Shown: in pieces, positions 51,608 through 64,000 of the stretch | Numbering within the stretch: the stretch's first letter is position 1 | Layout: every line of letters begins with the position of its first letter | Source of the DNA: Verrucomicrobiia bacterium | GTDB lineage: Bacteria > Verrucomicrobiota > Verrucomicrobiia > Limisphaerales > UBA1319 | Length of the DNA: 64,000 bases | Direction: 5' to 3' | Assembly (NCBI GenBank): GCA_963664225.1 | Contig: OY760937.1 | Span: 2,592,001-2,656,000 of the forward strand | Notes under the pieces: generated by a model | Seen by the model: the letters and a program-made list of their open reading frames with translations, nothing else | Databases searched by the model: none | Told to the model about the DNA's origin: nothing | Position numbers and translations under genes: made by a program

Positions 51608-51838
51608 TTAATGCGGTCTAACGATGGTTTTAAGCACGGTCATAACCAGCGGCGTGCATCGAGTCTCGTCGTATTCACAGGGCACGATTTGAATTTTCAC
51701 GATTCCATTGTCGCCTGCGCCGTCCATTATTTTCTGAGCCGCATTACAACAATCGATAAAGGATGTGAAATGTTCAAACTGGTTGTTGTCAACACGGCCG
51801 GTAATATTCCGCTCTATGTATGTGTAACCAAATGTCAT
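51608..51838 (-). CDS. small hypothetical protein in low-GC islet
   Basis: ATG start overlapping an upstream TGA (ATGA at 51835-51838); AT-rich. Confidence 0.4.
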   Translation of the reverse strand: MTFGYTYIERNITGRVDNNQFEHFTSFIDCCNAAQKIMDGAGDNGIVKIQIVPCEYDETRCTPLVMTVLKTIVRPH

Positions 51839-51967
51839 CTTATAAACGTTGGCACACGTTTATCCCCATGCCGCCCTGATAAATGCGTACGCGAATAAAG
51901 CCACAACTCAATCCAACAATGCAATGCGGCCAATATAGTGGGCGGGTTTTTGGAGGACAAGAAGAAA

Positions 51968-52162
51968 TTACACACTATACTGGGTCTTGGGGCGCGACCG
52001 TATTCCGCTGAAGGATTTATGATAAGCGAACAAGGTTCTTTCGAAACGGTCTGTGATTTCAGCCAGGCTGGGACGCGAACCAATCTCCTCCGGACCCCGC
52101 CAATTCCGGCCAAAACAATCGTTTAAACAAACCTGATCCCCCTCCCACTTATATGAATACAA
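51968..52162 (-). CDS. small hypothetical protein in low-GC islet
   Basis: TTG-started 64-aa ORF lying between the two 18-bp direct repeats. Confidence 0.3.
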   Translation of the reverse strand: MYSYKWEGDQVCLNDCFGRNWRGPEEIGSRPSLAEITDRFERTLFAYHKSFSGIRSRPKTQYSV

Positions 52163-52212
52163 TATCTTTGGAATCTTTTCCGGGCAAGAGATATTTACAC
52201 ATTATACTGGGT
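51968..52212. repeat. 18-bp imperfect direct repeat pair
   Basis: TTACACACTATACTGGGT (51968-51985) and TTACACATTATACTGGGT (52195-52212), 17/18 identical. Confidence 0.8.
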
Positions 52213-52246
52213 GGATGGAACAGGCGCTTCATGTTTTTGTACCACT

Positions 52247-52465
52247 GTGCATCGACAGCCACATCGTAAAATCCTTGGCGATACAATCCGAATTTATCGC
52301 CAGCAAGCCGGCTTCACCCAGGAGAAGCTGGCTGAGGCCGCCGAATTGCACCACAACTTCATTGGCGAGGTCGAACGCGGCAATATGGAATGCTCGGTGA
52401 CTTCGCTTGTGAGAATTGCAAAGGCCCTCGGCGTGCGCGTTCGCGACCTAGTCGGCGATATTTAG
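52247..52465 (+). CDS. XRE-family helix-turn-helix regulator
   Basis: LGDTIRIYRQQAGFTQEKLAEAAELHHNFIGEVERG...SL.RIAKALGV; GTG 52247 likely (ORF from 52211). Confidence 0.9.
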   Translation: MHRQPHRKILGDTIRIYRQQAGFTQEKLAEAAELHHNFIGEVERGNMECSVTSLVRIAKALGVRVRDLVGDI

Positions 52466-52494
52466 GGCTGGGTTTCCTTAGTGCAGGCACCAGA

Positions 52495-56223
<3,729 letters not shown>

Positions 56224-56301
56224 TTGTGGGAAGTGGCAGCCCCGCAGGCGGCCACGGGGGCAAATGTAACGGGACCGGGCGGTAAAGGCAAATTAAAAAT
56301 C

Positions 56302-56327
56302 AACGCATCAAGATACGTCGATATGTT
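56302..56327. promoter_or_regulatory. imperfect palindrome upstream of metH, resembling SahR/ArsR-type operators
   Basis: AACGCATCAA-GATACG-TCGATATGTT, ~80 bp upstream of the start. Confidence 0.5.
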
Positions 56328-56472
56328 CATAAACACCCCGCAAGGATTCCACCTTCGCGCAGAGGCAAAACTGAGTTCGCCGGATTATGGAGTCGTGGCT
56401 TCAGGTTTAGCCGCAAGCGATGTCATCATGCGGTTTGACGCGTTCGGAGAATTCGATAGTTTGACCAGACCA

Positions 56473-57957
56473 ATGGCAAAGGTTATCGACACCCGTGTGA
56501 TCCTTCGTGGAAGCAAGAACTCCAGGACGCGTGCTGGAATCGCACTGGCCGCCCTGGTCTGCGCGGTCGGGCTTGGCGCGGCGGAATTTAGCTGGACCTG
56601 GACCCCGGCGCCCGGCGATCCAATGCCAACCGCCACCGTCTGCCCGCTCAAGTATGACAAGACCTGGGCTTACGCAATTGAGATCGATGACGGTCCCAAG
56701 TGGGTGCCAACTTTTGCCGTGCCGTTCGTGGCCCAATACCACTACACCGACGCGCCTCCGGGTGTGCGTGGCGGAACCGCGCGGCCGTTTGTGGGCTCGG
56801 TGTCGGTGATTGTCGGCGCGACAGGCAATAACGACAGCGCGCTCAATTGGGACGAGCTCAACCAATTGATCGACACGGGCTGGGGGGTGATGAATCACAG
56901 TTTCGATCACCGCGCCAATCATTGGAGCGGGCCAGCGGCGTTATTGAATCCGCAGCAGGCGCGCGAGGACGCCTATTGGAGCCAGAGTATTTTCGCCGCG
57001 CATCTGCGCGGCGGCCGCGTTCCCACAGGCGCGGTTTATGCCAATGGTTACACCGGCTACAATCTCGAGAATGCCATGTCCGAATGCGGGATTGGCATTG
57101 CCACGCGCGTGGGCGGTGGCAGTCCGCGGGATGTCTGCAGCCCGGACGTGAAGTGGATGGATTTCACGCGTTCCTACCTGGATGAGAGTGTGTGGTCCAA
57201 CGAATCGAACAAGAGCCAGCCGATGGCCGACTTTCCAAACGCGGACAAGGCGGGTCCCGAGATCAACAGCCTGATGATCGATTTCACGCATGGAATCGAG
57301 CGAACACCCGACTCCGCGAACCAGGAACGCTGGCGCACGCGCCTCAAAACCATCGAGAGCCGCTGGGGGTCGGGCGGCGCGGACACGCTGTGGTGCGCTC
57401 CCACGGCCGAGGTCGCGGATTATGTGCGCGCGGCAAAAGCGGCCAGGGTCACTGTGGACGCAGGCAGGGTTTCTGTTTCGCTTCCAGAGAACATTCCCGG
57501 CAGCGCAATCACACTGCGCATTGCCGGCATTGGCGCGAAAGCTTCGGTGCGAGCCCCCGATGGCGGCGTGCTTTATCGTCAGGGCGACACCGTGGTGCTG
57601 ACCTCCCCGCGCATCGGCCTGTGGGGAGCGTCCCCGCCGATCCCGCGCCTGAAACGCGTTTACGAGGGACCGGCGGTATCGGTGAATTTCCCCAAGGCGG
57701 TGGGCGTTGCCGGTGTGACGTTGCGTGTGTTTGGCAATCCAACGTCGGCAGTCCCCTACCGTCTGGCCGTGCGCACGGGCGATGGTGAGAAAGTGTTCGC
57801 ACAACGCACCGTGGGCCCCGGCTGGGTCGTTGGCAGCCAGCTATGTCCCATTGTTCCCACCAGTCCGCCCATCGTCGGCACCGCCCTGGTGGTTGAGGCC
57901 CCCGATCCCTTGAAAAGCATGACCGTCTGGGCCGTGGAGAATGTGGGCGCTCGTTAG
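56473..57957 (+). CDS. secreted polysaccharide-deacetylase-like (NodB fold) protein
   Basis: signal-like segment [29 protein letters not shown]...[15 protein letters not shown] motifs; start uncertain. Confidence 0.65.
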   Translation: MAKVIDTRVILRGSKNSRTRAGIALAALVCAVGLGAAEFSWTWTPAPGDPMPTATVCPLKYDKTWAYAIEIDDGPKWVPTFAVPFVAQYHYTDAPPGVRGGTARPFVGSVSVIVGATGNNDSALNWDELNQLIDTGWGVMNHSFDHRANHWSGPAALLNPQQAREDAYWSQSIFAAHLRGGRVPTGAVYANGYTGYNLENAMSECGIGIATRVGGGSPRDVCSPDVKWMDFTRSYLDESVWSNESNKSQPMADFPNADKAGPEINSLMIDFTHGIERTPDSANQERWRTRLKTIESRWGSGGADTLWCAPTAEVADYVRAAKAARVTVDAGRVSVSLPENIPGSAITLRIAGIGAKASVRAPDGGVLYRQGDTVVLTSPRIGLWGASPPIPRLKRVYEGPAVSVNFPKAVGVAGVTLRVFGNPTSAVPYRLAVRTGDGEKVFAQRTVGPGWVVGSQLCPIVPTSPPIVGTALVVEAPDPLKSMTVWAVENVGAR

Positions 57958-58037
57958 AATGGGATCCAGCAACGACGAACGGGTCACAAGGAATCCCGCT
58001 GGCCAGTCAGGCTGACTTATGGCAGGGTCCACTGCAT

Positions 58038-58841
<804 letters not shown>

Positions 58842-58889
58842 TCCTATTTGCAGAAACGCCGAATTCCGGAGGCGCTTTCATTTTGTCCC

Positions 58890-58916
58890 TAAACTATCCG
58901 CGAAGGTTGCCGATGA
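58890..58916 (+). promoter_or_regulatory. sigma-28 (FliA/SigD)-type promoter
   Basis: TAAA-N15-GCCGATGA; GTG start 7 nt downstream. Confidence 0.65.
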
Positions 58917-58923
58917 AATAAGT

Positions 58924-59364
58924 GTGGCATACTTGCACCCACTGGGAAACCGTTGGAAGTCCTCGCTGGCTGAGCCCCGCAAAGCCGGATTTGGGACATT
59001 GCGTCAGCAGATCACCCACACCTCATTACGCCAGGCCAGGGCGATCCATGAGCGTTCTCTGGCGCTCACAGCCCTGGTGCTGATCAACGATTGGCCGGCA
59101 TCGATCCGGCAGGCTCGGATTGTGGCCGCCGATTTGCGGACATTGACCGTTTTACTTGGTTTTTATCGCGACGTATGCGCGGACACAGGCGCCTCGCACG
59201 ATCCGGAAGTCATTGCGCAATATCGCCGTGAATCTCAACTTCTGCTCGTTCAGTTGTCCGGCATCGAGCTTGAACAAAATAATCTCGCCCTTTCAGATTG
59301 GTTGGAATACAATGTGGCCCCATGGACCAGCAGCATGGCAACCAACCTCCAAGGAATGGGCTGA
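58924..59364 (+). CDS. hypothetical helical protein
   Basis: 146-aa ORF immediately after sigma-28 promoter. Confidence 0.55.
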   Translation: MAYLHPLGNRWKSSLAEPRKAGFGTLRQQITHTSLRQARAIHERSLALTALVLINDWPASIRQARIVAADLRTLTVLLGFYRDVCADTGASHDPEVIAQYRRESQLLLVQLSGIELEQNNLALSDWLEYNVAPWTSSMATNLQGMG

Positions 59365-59729
59365 CGCCACGGATGTTTTCCAAGCCAGGGGCGCAAGAGC
59401 AATGCAATCGCTCCGTTCCCCCGCGCGCTTCGAGTCTGGCGGTTCTGCAATGTGTCTTTCTTCGTCCCCGAGTATTCGTCAAAGTCATCCGCCGCCGTTT
59501 ACGGTCAGCGCGGCGCAAGTAAGCCGCCGCCAGTGATTCCGTGGGGGAGGCAAGGCAACTGTTGAGTTATGTACATCTAGTTTGAGGGCAGTATCTTGTG
59601 AAAGTCAGTCCATGTGGCTTCCCTGGTTCGCAAAATATTGCTTTAATCAGACATCCTCATGCGTGCAACTCTCTCTGTTAGACGGGTTTCGTGCATGCGG
59701 GGCCTGCAATTTTTTGAAAAAATAGCGTC

Positions 59730-59756
59730 TAAAGTTTTGGCGGAAAGTGCCGATAA
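59730..59756 (+). promoter_or_regulatory. sigma-28 (FliA/SigD)-type promoter, full extended consensus
   Basis: TAAAGTTT-N11-GCCGATAA. Confidence 0.8.
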
Positions 59757-59804
59757 TTAAAATGCATTGAATGAACCTTGCGCCTGCCACGGAAGGAAAA
59801 ACAC

Positions 59805-60080
59805 GTGCGAATGGATACCAATTTAAATTTGAGCCAGACGACCAGGACATGGTCGGACTCTCGGGCAGGATCCCAACCGATTCAACCTTCGGACTGGGAC
59901 AGGCCAAAGCGTCACCAAACCAATACGCTCAAGGCCGCGCTACGAAAAGAACCGGACGTTCGCCCGGATCAAGTGGAAAAAGCCAGACGATTGATTGGTC
60001 TGGCTCAATGGCCCACGCGTGGAACCATTCGTCGTTTTTCAGCTCTCCTGGCTGCCAATATGTCCGAACGGCTGGAGTAA
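59805..60080 (+). CDS. FlgM-like small protein (putative anti-sigma-28)
   Basis: GGAAGGA RBS before GTG 59805 (ATG 59811 alternative); polar N-terminus then LKAALRKEPDVRPDQVEKARRLI; sigma-28 promoter upstream. Confidence 0.55.
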   Translation: MRMDTNLNLSQTTRTWSDSRAGSQPIQPSDWDRPKRHQTNTLKAALRKEPDVRPDQVEKARRLIGLAQWPTRGTIRRFSALLAANMSERLE

Positions 60081-60149
60081 GCGAGGACGCGAGCCGCCCT
60101 CATTTCCGCATCGCAACGCTCCATCCAATCTGGCCGGTGGCGTGCAAAG

Positions 60150-62384
60150 TCACGGTTTGATCCCAAAGCGTTTTAACACCGTTGGCGGGGCGTTGGTTTC
60201 CAGCGGCGGCGGCGGTTTCAATTGGCTCAAGGCGCTCGGATCAATCTTCGCCAGCGCGTTGGTGACTGATCTAAACATCTTATTCTTTTCCACCCCATCT
60301 GGCGTCATATCCAAGGCTTGAATCACGGCGGGAACGGCCGATTTGGCCTTGGGACCAATGGCTCCCAAAGCTTCAACAACCGATCGACGGTGATCCCGTG
60401 AACTCCTGGCATCAATGGCCTGCTCAGCAAACACGGTGATGCATGGTTCGAGATCCATACCTTTCGAGGACAGGCTCCGTGCCGCGATGAACTGGACGTA
60501 TGAATTCGTGTCCTTCAACAACTTTTGAATTTCCGCGGTGCATTGGCGGTAATCGGCGGAATTAGTGTCTGCGTTGTCAAAGTGGCGTGTCAGCGGGTAG
60601 ATGCCGTTGATGCGAATGTTCGGATCCGTATTCGTGAGGGCCCGGCGCAGGATGGCCTGTGCGGCAGGCAGGTCGCGGTATGGGCCCCATGAGAGAGCAC
60701 TAAAGGCTCTTTGGGCATTATTCGGCTGATCCACTGCGGCGCTAATTTCCTTGAGGACCAACTCCGGTTCTTCGCCGGTTTGGTATGCTTGATAGGCGCG
60801 CGGACTAAGACCTATTTGCTGCCTCTGACGCTCTATATCCCAGGCCTTCGCAACAAAGAACGGGACGCCGATCAGGATCGTTGCGGCGGCGCTCACGATG
60901 ACGAGTTGGAATCCCGCCCGCAGCGGCGCCTCCAACCGACGGTAGTTCAGATAGTTAAGCCAGTGAATGATGGCCAGCATGAGCACTCCACAAATCACAC
61001 CGAACCAGGTGCAACCGAGTCCGAGCGTGGCAGACAACGAATACACATTATCGAAAAGTTCATTGCCATAGTTGTTCCAGTTGCTCATCCCACACAGAAC
61101 CCCCGTGAGAATGAGCGTCTCCATGGTCAGAACGAGGGCGCGCATGCTGGTCCGGGCGAGGCTGGAGGCGAACATAGCCAAAGTGCAGAGCAAGAGACTG
61201 CTGCCGCCCAACGAAAAGGCGATCATAAAAAATTGGAACGAGAACATGCTCTCCGCGCCCGGTTGAAAAGGGCCCGGGTGTGCGAGTAGCGCCAGCGCCA
61301 CCAGACCCACAACAAACGGGAGCACAATGCCCAGGACAATGCAGTGCGCGTAGGCCACCGCGATTTTGATCAGCCACTGCTTCCGATGGGAGGGCGGCAG
61401 GGTCAGGTGCCAGTCGAGCACGCCCATCTGGCGTTCCTCGGCCACAACCCCGGCGCCAACGGTAAATGGAATGATGAGGCCGCAGATAAACACCACCACG
61501 ATGACCAGATTCATAATGATCTGATCGTCCCGCGGCTCGGGCACTGTGCGGACGTAAATCGGGTTGTAGGCCATGAGCAGGCCACTGGCCAGAATCATGA
61601 AACCGGCAATGATGTAGCTGACATCGTGCAGCCGGAACTCCTTGGCCAATATCCTTCCCCAGGCGTTTCCCTGGATGTGTGGCTGGGCGGTGGCCGCCGC
61701 GCCGGTACGCCCGATCCACGGCATCCATGCAGGCATGCGAATGGCCGCGCTCGGGAAACCGGAGGTTTGGAGGTTCAGGAATTGGTTCTTGCCCATCTGA
61801 TGGATCGCAATGGCCATGAGCAGGAGCGGAAGACCAAAAACACAGAAGACGGCATTGGCCTCCGAGGCACCCGGTCCCATATCTTTCGGCATAAGCAGTA
61901 AGACAGTGACAACCCACATCAAAGGCGCCCCCAAGGTTGAAACAACCGCCGCAATTCCATTGCCCATGGTCAACGACATGAAAGGCCCCGCGCTCAAGGC
62001 CCACACAATGGGAAAGATCAGCCAAAACAACGCGAAGATGCCCTCACCCACGGTGCCCAGTTCCCCCCCGCTATTCATCAATGCAAAGGCACTTGCGGGA
62101 AGGAGCGTGAGCAAGGCCATACGGAGCATGCTCATTTTATTGCGCCAGATTTGCCGGCGCGAGACCGGCTGAGCGAGGAGCAAATCCATCGTCTGGTGGT
62201 TCCACTCGGTGCTGAAACTGGCGCAGGCCAGGAGCGCGCAGCCGAGCACGTAGCCGGTGATGCTCCACACGGCGGCGGCCTGGGGCGCTGCCACCAACCA
62301 AAATAGCGGAATGACTGGCAGGAGAAAGGCCGCAATCCAGAATGGCCCCAACGACCGGATTTCCTTGATTGTTTGGACGTTCAT
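60150..62384 (-). CDS. ABC-2-type permease with two tandem permease units and C-terminal HEAT repeats
   Basis: STEWNHQTMDLLLAQPVSR and AEERQMGVLDWHLTLPPSH; EALGAIGPKAKSAVPAVIQAL. Confidence 0.8.
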   Translation of the reverse strand: MNVQTIKEIRSLGPFWIAAFLLPVIPLFWLVAAPQAAAVWSITGYVLGCALLACASFSTEWNHQTMDLLLAQPVSRRQIWRNKMSMLRMALLTLLPASAFALMNSGGELGTVGEGIFALFWLIFPIVWALSAGPFMSLTMGNGIAAVVSTLGAPLMWVVTVLLLMPKDMGPGASEANAVFCVFGLPLLLMAIAIHQMGKNQFLNLQTSGFPSAAIRMPAWMPWIGRTGAAATAQPHIQGNAWGRILAKEFRLHDVSYIIAGFMILASGLLMAYNPIYVRTVPEPRDDQIIMNLVIVVVFICGLIIPFTVGAGVVAEERQMGVLDWHLTLPPSHRKQWLIKIAVAYAHCIVLGIVLPFVVGLVALALLAHPGPFQPGAESMFSFQFFMIAFSLGGSSLLLCTLAMFASSLARTSMRALVLTMETLILTGVLCGMSNWNNYGNELFDNVYSLSATLGLGCTWFGVICGVLMLAIIHWLNYLNYRRLEAPLRAGFQLVIVSAAATILIGVPFFVAKAWDIERQRQQIGLSPRAYQAYQTGEEPELVLKEISAAVDQPNNAQRAFSALSWGPYRDLPAAQAILRRALTNTDPNIRINGIYPLTRHFDNADTNSADYRQCTAEIQKLLKDTNSYVQFIAARSLSSKGMDLEPCITVFAEQAIDARSSRDHRRSVVEALGAIGPKAKSAVPAVIQALDMTPDGVEKNKMFRSVTNALAKIDPSALSQLKPPPPLETNAPPTVLKRFGIKP

Positions 62385-62392
62385 AACGCGCG

Positions 62393-63283
62393 CTATTTGA
62401 GGGTTGCCACGAAGATTTCTTCCAATGCCAGCGCCTCGCTGAACACCGATTCGGGGCGCAGTGTGCTGATTTTGTCCATGAACGGTTTCCCGTTTTCGCG
62501 GACCAGCAGTTCCACTTCCCGGGCCTCCTGATGCTTTTGGAGAATCTCGGGGAAATTGATCACGGGCGGCTCCTGGGCAAACCGAAGGCGGAAGCGTTTG
62601 TATTGCAGGCGCGCCGCGTCGGCCTCGAGTGTGAGCAGCGCCTTGCCCTGGTCGATGATTGTGAATTCATCGATCAATCCCTCGAATTCCGAGATCAAGT
62701 GGGTGGAGACAAAGATCGTGCGATTGCCCGGGTCGGTTTCCTGGTAGGCGCCGATGACGGTTTCAATAAACTCGCGCCGCACAATGGGATCCAAACCGGA
62801 AGTGGGTTCGTCCAAAATCAAGAGTTCCGGCTCGGGACACACCGCCGCAATGAGCGCCACCTGAACGCGTTGTCCGCGCGAGAGGGTGCTTGTCTTCTGG
62901 TCGTAGGGCAGTCGGAACTGGCTGACCAACTGGCTTTCGGTTGCGGAATTCCAGTTTGGCCGGAACGAGGCCAGGTAGCGGAGCGTGTCGCGGATGGTCA
63001 TCCACGGGTAGAACGCCACGTTATCCGGCACATAGGCCAGGCGGGATTTCACGGCCACCTCGTCGCGCGTGGGGTCCAGTCCAAACAGGCGCACCGATCC
63101 CGACGTGGGTTGCAGGAGGTTGAGCAGGCACTTGATCGTCGTGGTCTTGCCCGCGCCGTTGCGTCCAAAGAATCCATAGCACTTGCCCGGCTGCACGTTG
63201 AGCGTCAATCCATTGACCGCGTCGGTCTTGCCATATTTGCGGACGAGCTTGCTGATGTCGATGACAGGGGAGGAATTATTCAT
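62393..63283 (-). CDS. ABC transporter ATP-binding protein (YtrB-like)
   Basis: GRNGAGKTT, LSRGQ, LILDEPTSGLDP, STH. Confidence 0.95.
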   Translation of the reverse strand: MNNSSPVIDISKLVRKYGKTDAVNGLTLNVQPGKCYGFFGRNGAGKTTTIKCLLNLLQPTSGSVRLFGLDPTRDEVAVKSRLAYVPDNVAFYPWMTIRDTLRYLASFRPNWNSATESQLVSQFRLPYDQKTSTLSRGQRVQVALIAAVCPEPELLILDEPTSGLDPIVRREFIETVIGAYQETDPGNRTIFVSTHLISEFEGLIDEFTIIDQGKALLTLEADAARLQYKRFRLRFAQEPPVINFPEILQKHQEAREVELLVRENGKPFMDKISTLRPESVFSEALALEEIFVATLK

Positions 63284-63314
63284 ATCAGGTCGTGGGTTAT
63301 GGGTTGTCAGTCAA

Positions 63315-63731
63315 TCATTTGGGTTGCATGGGGTCCGATCCGCTGGCGTTCCCGGTCCTAAAAGTGGCGAGACGGTCTTTGGCGATTTTCAGAAAATCCT
63401 CGTCGCCCACCTGCAGGTGATGGGCCTGAACGATCGCCGCATCGATATCCCCGGTGAGCATCTCCCGGCGGACCTCCCAGGTGAATGGGGTGTGGTTCTT
63501 GGCCAGAAAACAGCCCTTGCCGGCGAGGGTCTCAATGACCCCCTGGCTCTCCAATTCGGCGTAAGCCTTGGCCACGGTGTTGCGGTTGATGCGCAATTGC
63601 TCCGCCAGGGTGCGAATGGTGGGGAGGGGATCGCCGGGCCGCAGGGAGCTGGAGGCGGCGGCGGCCTTGATCTGATCGACCACCTGAAGATAGGCGGGCT
63701 TGCCCGAATTGAAATGGAGTTGAATGATCAT
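63315..63731 (-). CDS. GntR-family regulator, YtrA subfamily
   Basis: PAYLQVVDQIK...LPTIRTLAEQLRINRNTVAKAY.ELE..GVI....GKGCF; short C-terminus; precedes ABC genes. Confidence 0.93.
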   Translation of the reverse strand: MIIQLHFNSGKPAYLQVVDQIKAAAASSSLRPGDPLPTIRTLAEQLRINRNTVAKAYAELESQGVIETLAGKGCFLAKNHTPFTWEVRREMLTGDIDAAIVQAHHLQVGDEDFLKIAKDRLATFRTGNASGSDPMQPK

Positions 63732-63749
63732 AGGGCGTTCATAACTTAG

Positions 63750-63789
63750 TGTCCTATGACACTATGACAGTCTGTCTGCCCCGCGTCAA
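63750..63789 (-). promoter_or_regulatory. YtrA-type operator overlapping a sigma-70 promoter
   Basis: TGTCCTA-TGACAC-TATGACA (63750-63769); minus strand TTGACG (63789-63784)-N17-CATAGT (63766-63761). Confidence 0.7.
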
Positions 63790-63946
63790 AAGGATTTTGA
63801 AAATATTTTTAAATGGATTGAAAAGGGTGGGAAAGAAACTGGTGAAAGGGGGACTCAGGCCGGGCAGATACGCAGGCCCAATGTCCCAGCAAACAAGGGC
63901 CGGGCTGAAACCAACGCTGAAATCTTACAGGCCGACTCGATCCCCC

Positions 63947-64000
63947 TCAGCGGGGGTACGTGCCGGAAATATAATCCTCGAGCTGGCCTATGGCGACGTT
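63947..64000 (-). CDS. possible 3' end of a gene entering from beyond the window
   Basis: open frame NVAIGQLEDYISGTYPR* ending at 63947. Confidence 0.3.
   Translation of the reverse strand, partial: NVAIGQLEDYISGTYPR

Noticed and set aside
56224..56470. SAM or cobalamin riboswitch upstream of metH
   Set aside because: No recognisable conserved cores by eye; an Rfam scan would be decisive.

Overview
GC-rich bacterial chromosomal segment. The gene types (H-X9-DG prepilin-like genes, membrane-anchored ECF sigma, LTD/CotH giant protein, 'RFYR'-terminated secreted proteins) suggest Verrucomicrobiota; this is inference. Housekeeping and metabolic genes (tex, pckG, thiD, paaK+ACT, metH, YbaK, D,D-carboxypeptidase, GT9/ArnT-like, TolC, YtrA-type GntR-ABC operon) and two tRNAs (Lys-CTT, Thr-CGT) are interspersed with secreted or surface proteins. 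Main observations: (1) a perfect 40-bp duplication of the tRNA-Lys 3' end brackets a 1660-bp, integrase-free cassette holding one BspA-type LRR gene, followed by three more LRR paralogues, two of which have degenerate att-like motifs upstream; (2) six signal-peptide proteins of three unrelated architectures share a ~70-aa C-terminal domain ending R-[FLI]-Y-[RQ]-x(3-4)-P, a candidate protein-sorting signal; (3) ThiD is fused in frame to an amidohydrolase through an intact internal signal peptide; (4) two consensus sigma-28 promoters precede an orphan gene and an FlgM-like gene; (5) a low-GC XRE islet carries an 18-bp direct repeat and three operator-like boxes. No CRISPR array, integrase, transposase, reverse transcriptase or rRNA was recognised. 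All calls come from reading motifs by eye; no database searches were run.
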